Below the pieces are notes generated by a model. It saw only the letters and a list, made by a program, of their open reading frames with translations. It did no database searches and was not told where the DNA came from. A program made the translations under genes and the position numbers. A DNA stretch of 36,401 nt, taken from Pseudomonadota bacterium. Its GTDB lineage: Bacteria; Pseudomonadota; Alphaproteobacteria; Rhodobacterales; Rhodobacteraceae. Position 1 is the stretch's first letter. Each line of letters opens with the position of its first letter. Location of the stretch: positions 1-36,401 of the forward strand of contig JBCCWM010000001.1 of assembly GCA_039193505.1 (NCBI GenBank), in the 5' to 3' direction. Below are positions 9,311 to 16,822 of the stretch, in pieces.

Positions 9311-9827
9311 CACTGGTCCCACCGAGCCTCAGCGTGCGCCTTATCCCGAGCTCCTCGCTCTCGACCACGACCCCCTCGAGTGTGATGTCCGTCACGACGA
9401 CCCCGCGGAAAAGTGGGTCGCCGCGGACGACATTGTCAACCTCGCCGCCCGTGGTGACCAGAGCCCCGAGCCCGGCGGCCGTCGAGTAGACCCCCATCAC
9501 CCGGATCTGGTCGAGGCGTCGATCAAGGGCCGCGCGCGCGACAGCCTGTGCACTCGGCTGTCGCGGGGGTGAGGGCGGTGGCGTCGGCTCCGTCGCAGGC
9601 GCGGCCGGCTCTGGCCGCGCAAAAAGGTCGCGACCGCCGCCCGATGGAGCCGGGGCGCTGCGCGGACCCACGGTGAGATCGGGCAAGACCAGCGCGACGG
9701 GCACGCGCGGCGCCTCTTCTCCTGTCTCCTCCGCTTTGGGGGGCAAGAGGCGCTGCGCATTGAGACCGAGGAGCACCGCAACCGCGAGGCCGTAGAGCAG
9801 AAGCCGTCCTTGGGTGATCCCAAACAT
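9303..9827 (-). CDS. Membrane-anchored assembly protein in the GspC/PilP position
   Basis: N-terminal TM helix, RDLF motif, Pro-rich linker and a short beta domain; lies directly upstream of the secretin. Confidence 0.65.
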   Translation of the reverse strand: MFGITQGRLLLYGLAVAVLLGLNAQRLLPPKAEETGEEAPRVPVALVLPDLTVGPRSAPAPSGGGRDLFARPEPAAPATEPTPPPSPPRQPSAQAVARAALDRRLDQIRVMGVYSTAAGLGALVTTGGEVDNVVRGDPLFRGVVVTDITLEGVVVESEELGIRRTLRLGGTSGE

Positions 9828-9830
9828 CCC

Positions 9831-10406
9831 TCACACCGATCCGCGGGTCAGGGTCATGAACCGCATCCGAGCCCGAACCCGCGCCCCGAGGGGATCGGAC
9901 GTGATCTCGACTGACAACAGCAACGTGAGGGTGTCGAGCTCTCCCACGAGCTCCAGAAAACGCCGGATCTCGGCGTAGCGCCCCTCAACTGTGAGGTCTT
10001 GGAGGACCGGCACCACGTCGTCCTTTGGTGTGCCGAGACTGTTAGCACCGTGGACGATGCGCGTCCCCGCGGCTTGCGAGAGATCGGAGAACCGACGCAC
10101 CAGGCTCGATCGGTCTGCGCCGACCGCAAGGCGATCGTTGATGTCGCCGACAGAGGCGCTGAGCGCCGCATAGCGCTGAGCAAGGGCTCGTCGTTGCTCG
10201 AGGACGCTGCGCTCAACAGTCAAGCCGGTCAATGCCCGCTGTGCGTGGTCGGCGCGCTCCCGCGCCGGCACGAGCACACCGACCCAAGCAACGTATGCAG
10301 CAAACGCAGTCGCCATGGCGGCCAGCACACCCTGACGCACAACCGGAATGCGCCAATAGGTGATCAAAAGAGCAATCACGGGCGGCCAAACCAGATCGAC
10401 AGCCAT
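9831..10406 (-). CDS. PilO/GspM-like protein
   Basis: TM helix, coiled coil and LTVEGRYAEIRRFLELV motif. Start is ATG 10406 or GTG 10379. Confidence 0.75.
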   Translation of the reverse strand: MAVDLVWPPVIALLITYWRIPVVRQGVLAAMATAFAAYVAWVGVLVPARERADHAQRALTGLTVERSVLEQRRALAQRYAALSASVGDINDRLAVGADRSSLVRRFSDLSQAAGTRIVHGANSLGTPKDDVVPVLQDLTVEGRYAEIRRFLELVGELDTLTLLLSVEITSDPLGARVRARMRFMTLTRGSV

Positions 10407-10506
10407 CGGGCAGCACCGACGCTGCGGTGTTCGGTTGGGAGACGGCCGCGGACCGGTCGCCTCCTCGGCGCGCGGGCGCGATAGAGGGTCTCTTGGACAG
10501 GGTCCG

Positions 10507-11046
10507 TCATCGCGCGACCGCCCTGATGTCATACTGGACCAGACTGTCCTGACCGTCCTGGCGGCGCACCTGTCGCTCCAAGATCACGTCTTCGAGGGCG
10601 TCGAGGGCCTCTATGGCCGTCAGTGCGCCAGGCAACGTCGCCTCGTCGCGACTGAGGAGAGAGAGGGCCAGCGTCCCGCGCTCGACATCGTATGTCAGGC
10701 TCTGAGCCCAGACCGAGGCTGGCAGCGCTCCCTCAAGCGCGTCGAGAAGGGGGGCAAGATCCAAGTGCCGCGTGCCGGCGAGCGCGTTGAGGCGGGAGAT
10801 GTCCGCTGCGAGCTGTCTGATCTCCACCTCGGTCGGAATTGACCCGCTGGCCCTTTCGGCCGCCACAAGCGTTGGTTGGAGCGCGGCGATATGCGCCTCC
10901 GCTTTCTCCGCCCGCCCGGTTTGACGATGCGCCTCGGCAAGGCTCAGCGCCGTGACGGCGCCACCTCCGACAGCGATCGCCCACACACAGGCGGCCACCC
11001 ATCCGGGCCAACGGCGGGAGGGCGCCACGAAACTGCTCTCCGCCAT
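10507..11046 (-). CDS. PilN-like protein
   Basis: TM helix, coiled coil and LLDALEGALPASVWAQSLTY motif. Strong GGGAGG RBS. Confidence 0.75.
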   Translation of the reverse strand: MAESSFVAPSRRWPGWVAACVWAIAVGGGAVTALSLAEAHRQTGRAEKAEAHIAALQPTLVAAERASGSIPTEVEIRQLAADISRLNALAGTRHLDLAPLLDALEGALPASVWAQSLTYDVERGTLALSLLSRDEATLPGALTAIEALDALEDVILERQVRRQDGQDSLVQYDIRAVAR

Positions 11047-11175
11047 GCTCCCTCCCCTGCTCAGCACCCATTCATGCCCAACACTGGGACCGGTTCAAGG
11101 GGCTGCCCCGCGCAAACGGCGGCCCAGTCCATCGGTCCGTCGGCCACGCGCGTGGCGGAGGCCCCGGTCGGGTGG

Positions 11176-11967
11176 TCATCTCGGCGCCAGAGAGAGCGCG
11201 ATGCTGTTCGGATCATCGGGCGACCGGATCTCCGGCTCCGGCAGATCGGACAGCGTATTGCACACAGAGCGGGCGAGCGGCGCTGTGGCGACAAGCGTGA
11301 TCGGGGCGGGCGTGGTGTTGTCCTTGAGGTGCACGGAGCGGACAACCCGGCCGATCCGCCGGGCCGCTTCGCTCTCGTCGGCACCCCAGTCCGAGAACGT
11401 CCGCATCGCGCCTCCGACGTGGGTGCGCACCGACCACCAGCCATCGGGGCACGCGATCACCATGCCCTCTGCGGGCGCGTAGCGCGCCAGGGTCTCGAGG
11501 CGGTGCAGGCGAAACCCGGCCTCCCGCGCGGCGCTCTGGATTGCGGCCACGCGGGCCGCGCTCAAGACCCGGACGAGGAGGTCGGTGCCGGTCTCGGAGG
11601 TCTCCAGACGCTCGACTGTGCAGACGACGCGCTCCGGAGCGCTTCGATGCTCCCGCGCGATGCGAAACCGCACAAGGTCGTCCAGCGCACGGGGCGTCTC
11701 GGGCACATCGGCGAAACTCAACACATCCTCGAGGGCCACGGGGTCGGGCAGCGCGACGGCCGTCCGGACATCCGCCCTGAGCGCCTCGGCCCCGAGACCG
11801 CGCGCCAACGCGGCGAAGGTCGAGCGGAGATCGGTGCCGTCCTCCTGCCAGATCGCCTCGGGCAACCTCGCCGACGCGGATCGGAGGGCACCGCGGCGGC
11901 CGCGGAGCACGGCATGCGCCCTGCGGTGGCCGAAGTAGATGCCGACGGAGCGTCGCGACAGGATCAT
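11176..11967 (-). CDS. PilM/GspL-like cytoplasmic assembly protein
   Basis: ATGA-coupled to the gspE stop. Contains VGIYFG, VALPDPV and AAREAGFRLHRLE. Position between gspE and pilN supports the call. Confidence 0.65.
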   Translation of the reverse strand: MILSRRSVGIYFGHRRAHAVLRGRRGALRSASARLPEAIWQEDGTDLRSTFAALARGLGAEALRADVRTAVALPDPVALEDVLSFADVPETPRALDDLVRFRIAREHRSAPERVVCTVERLETSETGTDLLVRVLSAARVAAIQSAAREAGFRLHRLETLARYAPAEGMVIACPDGWWSVRTHVGGAMRTFSDWGADESEAARRIGRVVRSVHLKDNTTPAPITLVATAPLARSVCNTLSDLPEPEIRSPDDPNSIALSLAPR

Positions 11968-13523
11968 GAGGCGGCAAACGTGACGCGGTCGACTTCGGCG
12001 AGGCTGGATCGCCCTGCCCACGCCTCCGCCAGAGCGGCGTCGCGCAACGGCACCATGCCGCCCGCAAGGGCCGCCTCACGGAGGCGGGCTGCCGGCGCGC
12101 GGGCGATCATCAGGTCCTGGACGTCCGGCGTGATGGCAAGATGCTCCACAATCGCGCGCCGGCCGAGATAGCCGCTCCCAAAGCAGCGGGAACACCCCAC
12201 CGCGGCCCGCCAGAGCGGCGGATCAGCCGGAAGGGCCACTGTGTTGCCGAGCGGACCGGTGGGGGCCGGGGCAGAGGTCGCACAGTCGGGGCAGAGCTGG
12301 CGGATCAGGCGTTGGGCAAACACACCCCGCAGCGCCGCGACCACATCATGGAGATCGATCCCCCAATGTGCAAACCGGCTCACCACATCAAAGGCCGAGT
12401 TCGCATGGACAGAGGCCAGGACCAGGTGACCGGTCAGCGCGGCCTGAACGGCGATCGTGGCGGTCTCGAGATCCCGGATCTCTCCGACCATGATCCGGTC
12501 GGGGTCGTGGCGCAGGATGGCGCGCAGACCGCTCGCGAAAGTCATGCCGGTCTTCTCATTGACTGCGATCTGGACGACGCCCTCGAGCTCATACTCGATC
12601 GGATCCTCAATCGTGATGACCTTCTCGGCCCCCGTCGCAAGCTCTGAGATCGCCCCATAAAGCGTCGTTGTCTTGCCGGAGCCCGTGGGCCCGGTCATCA
12701 GGACAAGACCGTGAGGCTCTCGCGCGCTTTGCCGGAGCGCCGAGAGGATGCCCGGGGCGAGGCCCAAATCGTCGAGCCGCATGCGCTGACCGAGGCGGGA
12801 GAGGTGGGATTTGTCTAGGATCCGGATCACGACGTCCTCACCCCATTGCGTCGGCAGGACAGAGACGCGGAAATCGACATCGCGCCCTTCGATCCGAAGG
12901 CGGAACCGACCGTCCTGCGGCACACGCCGCTCTGCGATGTCGAGATCGGCCATCACTTTGATGCGGCTGACGAGGGCGCTGTGATGGCTTGCGTCGATTG
13001 GGTCGGTGGCGGGATAGAGCACTCCGTCGACGCGATATTTAAGCTCGACGCGGTCGGCCCCGACCTCGATGTGAACATCCGAGGCCTGCCTCTGAAGGGC
13101 GGCCATGAGGATTGAATTCGCGAGCTGCACCATGCCCGACTGATCGGCAAGGCTCTCGAGATCGATGACGTCCTCCCTGCCGCCGGCCTCGCGCACAAGC
13201 TCCGGCTTGAAGCCCGCAGAGACACGGTCAAGGACCCGGCGCGACGTCTCGACCCGGCTCAGTTCGGCCGCAATCGCCTCTGGTTCAGCGACGGCAAGGG
13301 CGATCCGCCGCCCGGTGATCGAGGCCAGCCGGCGCTCAAGCGTGAGGTCGAGCGGGTCGGACACGGCGACGGTCAATGTGTCGCCCGAGGTCGTCAGCGG
13401 CAGGATCGCAAGACGGCTCGCCGTCTCGACAGGCAGCAGCTCAAAGAGGGCCGCATCGGCCGTCACCTCCGCGTGGTAGGGCAGATCGAGCGTTCGGGCC
13501 AATGCTGCGCGGTCCGTGGTCAT
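11964..13523 (-). CDS. gspE: GspE/PulE-family secretion ATPase
   Basis: ASDVHIE, DIAERRVPQDGR, Walker A GPTGSGKTT, LRHDPDRIMVGEIRD, TGHLV and CPDC..CSRC. Confidence 0.93.
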   Translation of the reverse strand: MTTDRAALARTLDLPYHAEVTADAALFELLPVETASRLAILPLTTSGDTLTVAVSDPLDLTLERRLASITGRRIALAVAEPEAIAAELSRVETSRRVLDRVSAGFKPELVREAGGREDVIDLESLADQSGMVQLANSILMAALQRQASDVHIEVGADRVELKYRVDGVLYPATDPIDASHHSALVSRIKVMADLDIAERRVPQDGRFRLRIEGRDVDFRVSVLPTQWGEDVVIRILDKSHLSRLGQRMRLDDLGLAPGILSALRQSAREPHGLVLMTGPTGSGKTTTLYGAISELATGAEKVITIEDPIEYELEGVVQIAVNEKTGMTFASGLRAILRHDPDRIMVGEIRDLETATIAVQAALTGHLVLASVHANSAFDVVSRFAHWGIDLHDVVAALRGVFAQRLIRQLCPDCATSAPAPTGPLGNTVALPADPPLWRAAVGCSRCFGSGYLGRRAIVEHLAITPDVQDLMIARAPAARLREAALAGGMVPLRDAALAEAWAGRSSLAEVDRVTFAAS

Positions 13524-13539
13524 CCTCTGCGTCTCCCGC

Positions 13540-14742
13540 TCATTGCACGACGCCCGAGATGCCGAAGATCGGCAGATAGACGGTCACGATCACGGTCCCG
13601 AGCACAACACCCACGAGGAGGATCATCACCGGCTCGATCAGCGCGAGGACGCGATCGATCCGGTCTTCTGCTGCCCTCTCGTGGATCGCGCCCACCGCGT
13701 CGAGGAGGGAGGGGAGCGCTCCGGCCAGCTCCCCCGCACGGATCATCCCGAGGGTTGTCGGCGGAAGGAGCGCCGTGCCGGCGAGCGCCTCGGCAAGCGC
13801 GCGGCCCTGGCCGATTTCCTGTGCCACGTGCGACAAGCGATCTCGGATCACGGTGTTTGCCATCGCCTCGGCCACAAACTCGAGCGCGGGCCGCAGCGGG
13901 GCGCCGGCGCGAAGGAGCATCGCAAGCATCGCCGCCATCTGTTGGAGCGCCGTGTCCCGGATGATGCGGCCGAGAACAGGGCTCCGGAGCGCTGCACGGT
14001 CGCGGAGCCGCCGCGGCCCGGGCCGCCGCATCGCCGCGCGCCAGAGCGCCGCCAGCGCCAACATCCCTCCCGCACTCGCCGGGATCCAGAAAGGTGCCGT
14101 CTCGACGAGCGCCATCAGAACTTGTGTCGGTGCGGGCAGGTCGGCTCCGAACTCGCCGTAGAGATCGGCAAAGCGGGGCAGGACAAACAGCATCAGCCCC
14201 GCCAACACAACGGCGAGGAGGCCGAGAAGGAAGGTCGGGTAGACCATGGCACGGCGGATCTTGCGCTCGATCTCGGCCCGGCGGGCCAGAAAGGCCTCAA
14301 GCTGCTCCAGAGCATCGGCAAGGCGGCTCGTGCGGTGCCCCGCGCGAAAGGTCGCGCGCGTCAGCTCGTCGAAGACGTCCGCTCTCTCCGCCGCCGCCTC
14401 ATCGAGGGCCAGACCACGCGCCACACCCTGCTCAAGCGAGGCGATCGCCGCGCCGAGACCCGGATCCTCCGGGTGCGCCTTCAAGAGCGACAGCGCCTTC
14501 GCGACCGGCAGGCCGGCCGCAGTCAGATGGCGAAACTCGCTCAAGAACCCGAGAAACGCCTGTTGCGACACGGCGCCGCGACGGAGCCGCGGCAAACCGC
14601 GCCCCCGAAGCGCGCGCGCCTCAACAAGGAGCAAACCCTGCGCCGCCAGATCCCGCCCCAATGCGCGGCGGTCAGGTGCGTCCTCCTGCCCCTCAACCAG
14701 ATCGCCGCTCGGGCGCCGCGCGGTGTAGCGAAACGCCGTCAT
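13540..14742 (-). CDS. gspF: GspF/PilC-family inner-membrane platform protein
   Basis: MTAFRYTA start with GGAGG RBS, two T2SSF repeats, AMVYP..VLPRFADLY and LIEPVMIL..VYLPIF. Confidence 0.92.
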   Translation of the reverse strand: MTAFRYTARRPSGDLVEGQEDAPDRRALGRDLAAQGLLLVEARALRGRGLPRLRRGAVSQQAFLGFLSEFRHLTAAGLPVAKALSLLKAHPEDPGLGAAIASLEQGVARGLALDEAAAERADVFDELTRATFRAGHRTSRLADALEQLEAFLARRAEIERKIRRAMVYPTFLLGLLAVVLAGLMLFVLPRFADLYGEFGADLPAPTQVLMALVETAPFWIPASAGGMLALAALWRAAMRRPGPRRLRDRAALRSPVLGRIIRDTALQQMAAMLAMLLRAGAPLRPALEFVAEAMANTVIRDRLSHVAQEIGQGRALAEALAGTALLPPTTLGMIRAGELAGALPSLLDAVGAIHERAAEDRIDRVLALIEPVMILLVGVVLGTVIVTVYLPIFGISGVVQ

Positions 14743-14806
14743 TTCACGTGGCCTCCGGCCAAACGCACACTGCCACGCCACCTCCCGCGCTAAAGCGACC
14801 AACGCC

Positions 14807-14836
14807 ATTACGGTCCAGCCGCGCACATGCCGTCAA
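14807..14836 (-). promoter_or_regulatory. Possible sigma-70 promoter of the secretion operon
   Basis: TTGACG-N18-CGTAAT, 65-95 nt upstream of gspF. The -10 match is weak. Confidence 0.25.
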
Positions 14837-14862
14837 GCCGCCAGCGCACTCCCCTGCTCAGA

Positions 14863-14917
14863 GCGCCCGCTCGAGGGGCCGCGGGTGGGTGGGTGGGGCG
14901 GCCCCTCGAGCGGGCGC
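14863..14917. repeat. Perfect 20-bp inverted repeat with a (GGGT)3GGG loop
   Basis: GCGCCCGCTCGAGGGGCCGC - GGGTGGGTGGGTGGG - GCGGCCCCTCGAGCGGGCGC, read directly from the sequence. Confidence 0.95.
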
Positions 14918-14941
14918 GGCATCTGCCGCCTGTTCTCCACC

Positions 14942-15754
14942 TCACCCCTCTGAGCGCAGCGTCGGATCCAGCCGGTCCCGCAACCAGTCCCCGGTCAGGC
15001 TGATCGAAAGCGCCAGGCAGAAGATCATCGCGCCCGGAAACAATGTCAGCCACCAGGCGGTCAGCAACCTGTCCCGGCCCTCCGACATGATCTGCCCGAG
15101 TGAGGTCAGCGGGGGTTGAACGCCAAGCCCAAGAAAAGACAGTGCCGTCTCGAGGAGCACTGTCAGCGGCAGGTTCACTGTGAACTGCACCAGAGCCACG
15201 TTGAGGATATTGGGCGCCACATGGACGAGGTAAATCCTCCAGGGCGATGCCCCGAGCGCCCGCACGGCCGTCACATACCCCATCTCCTTGGCCTGGAGCG
15301 TCGCGCCCCGCATAAGGCGCGCATAGACCTCCCACCCGGTGAGCCCGATCAGAAGGAGGAAAAGCGTGAAGGAGTTGTCGAACATCGCCAGCACGAAGAG
15401 CGCCACCACGATGATCGGCAAAGATGCCTGGACATCGATTGCCGCGACAATCACGGCCTCCGTCACGCCGCGCCGCGCCGCCGCGATAATCCCAAGAAGC
15501 GATCCGAGGAGCGCACCGATCAAAGTGCCGACAACCGCCACGATGAGCGTGATCTTCGCCCCGACAGCCAGCCGCACCAAAAGATCCCGCCCACGCGCGT
15601 CGGTGCCGAGAAGATAACCTTCCGAAAGCGGCGCCTCGAGCCGGTTCAAGAGGGAGGTCTGGCGGTACTCATAGGGAGAGACGAGCTCGCCCAAAAGCGC
15701 GAAGAGGACAAAAGCCGCGATGAACGCGAGCGAAAGACGGACTGCCCAGGGCAC
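14942..15754 (-). CDS. Peptide ABC transporter permease (DppC/OppC-like)
   Basis: LLGTDARGRDL, EAA-loop YVTAVRALGAS and LSFLGLGVQPP. Confidence 0.92.
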   Translation of the reverse strand: MPWAVRLSLAFIAAFVLFALLGELVSPYEYRQTSLLNRLEAPLSEGYLLGTDARGRDLLVRLAVGAKITLIVAVVGTLIGALLGSLLGIIAAARRGVTEAVIVAAIDVQASLPIIVVALFVLAMFDNSFTLFLLLIGLTGWEVYARLMRGATLQAKEMGYVTAVRALGASPWRIYLVHVAPNILNVALVQFTVNLPLTVLLETALSFLGLGVQPPLTSLGQIMSEGRDRLLTAWWLTLFPGAMIFCLALSISLTGDWLRDRLDPTLRSEG

Positions 15755-16662
15755 TAGCGCGCTCTGATCCGCGGATCGATCACCAGATACAGGAGATCGA
15801 CCGCCAGATTGGCGAGAACCATCGTCGCAGCGACGGCCAGGACGATGAACTGCACAGTCGCAATGTCCCGCGTGGCGACGGAGCGTACCAGGAGCTGGCC
15901 CACACCGGGCCAGGCAAAGACTTGCTCCGTCACAACCGATCCCGCGATGAGCGCGCCGAGAGACAGGCCAATCAGAGTGACGAGCGGGATGGCCGCATTC
16001 GGCGCCGCATGCGTCAAGAGCCGGCGCACATAGGGGACGCCGCGCGCCTCGGCAGCGCGCATGAAGGGCGCGTTCAGCGTCTCGAGAAGGGACGAGCGCG
16101 CGAACCGCGCAAAACTCCCCATTGCGGCGAGACCGAGAGTGAGCGCCGGAAAAATCACTGCCGCCTCCGCACCGCCGAGAAAGGCCTGGAACACGAGGGC
16201 TGCGGTCAGAATGAGACCGAGACCGAAGAGAAAATTGGGCATGGCGAAGGCAAAGACCGAGAAGGCCATCACGGCGCGGTCAAGCGTCCGACCGCGGTTG
16301 AGGGCCGCGAGCGCGCCGAGCGGCAGCCCGAAGGCCAGTGCGATCAGGAGTGCTGTTCCACCGAGGTGGAGCGTCGCGGGAAGGCGCTCGAGAAACAGCG
16401 TCAAGGCGGGTTTGCCGGTGTGGATCGAATAGCCGAACTCACCTGCAAGAAGGCCTGCGATATAGCTCGTATACTGACGCCAAAGCGGCTGATCGAGGCC
16501 CATCAGCCGTGCATATTGATCAATCACCTCCTGCGGCGCATCCGGCGGGGCGAGCGCAGCCGCTGGGTCGCCAGAGAACCGAATGAAGATGAACACAAGC
16601 GTGACCGTGATCAAAAGAGTGATCACAGCCCGCGAGAGGCGGGACATGACATACCCCGTCAA
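15754..16662 (-). CDS. Peptide ABC transporter permease (DppB/OppB-like)
   Basis: GDPA, GLDQPLWRQY, ERLPATL and TEQVFAWPGVG. TTG start at 16662 after a GGGAGG RBS. Confidence 0.92.
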   Translation of the reverse strand: MTGYVMSRLSRAVITLLITVTLVFIFIRFSGDPAAALAPPDAPQEVIDQYARLMGLDQPLWRQYTSYIAGLLAGEFGYSIHTGKPALTLFLERLPATLHLGGTALLIALAFGLPLGALAALNRGRTLDRAVMAFSVFAFAMPNFLFGLGLILTAALVFQAFLGGAEAAVIFPALTLGLAAMGSFARFARSSLLETLNAPFMRAAEARGVPYVRRLLTHAAPNAAIPLVTLIGLSLGALIAGSVVTEQVFAWPGVGQLLVRSVATRDIATVQFIVLAVAATMVLANLAVDLLYLVIDPRIRAR

Positions 16663-16729
16663 GGTGCCGACCCTCCCAAAAGCGGGCGACGTTGCGACGG
16701 CGGCGCACAGGTGCACCCGCCCGAGTGGA

Positions 16730-16811
16730 GCGCCAAGGCGTCGGTTCGGGCAGGCCCGAACCCGCGCGCTCGCGCGCGGCCTCTGCGGGTCGCAGAGGCG
16801 ACGCCGTCCCC
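16730..16811. repeat. 82-nt four-way-junction (cloverleaf) repeat, copy 1
   Basis: GGCGTCG[GTTCGGGC-AG-GCCCGAAC][CCGCGCGC-TC-GCGCGCGG][CCTCTGCG-GGT-CGCAGAGG]CGACGCC; 74/82 identical to 25706-25787. Confidence 0.95.
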
Positions 16812-16822
16812 AGCCACACGCC

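Noticed and set aside
5374-14742. Type IVa pilus or Tad locus
   Set aside because: No PilT, PilA-type pilin or Flp/Tad genes. A clear GspG is present.
16730-16811. tRNA or tRNA pseudogene (cloverleaf shape)
   Set aside because: Loops are only 2-3 nt. There is no 7-nt anticodon loop, D-loop or T-loop, and the GTTCG lies inside a stem.
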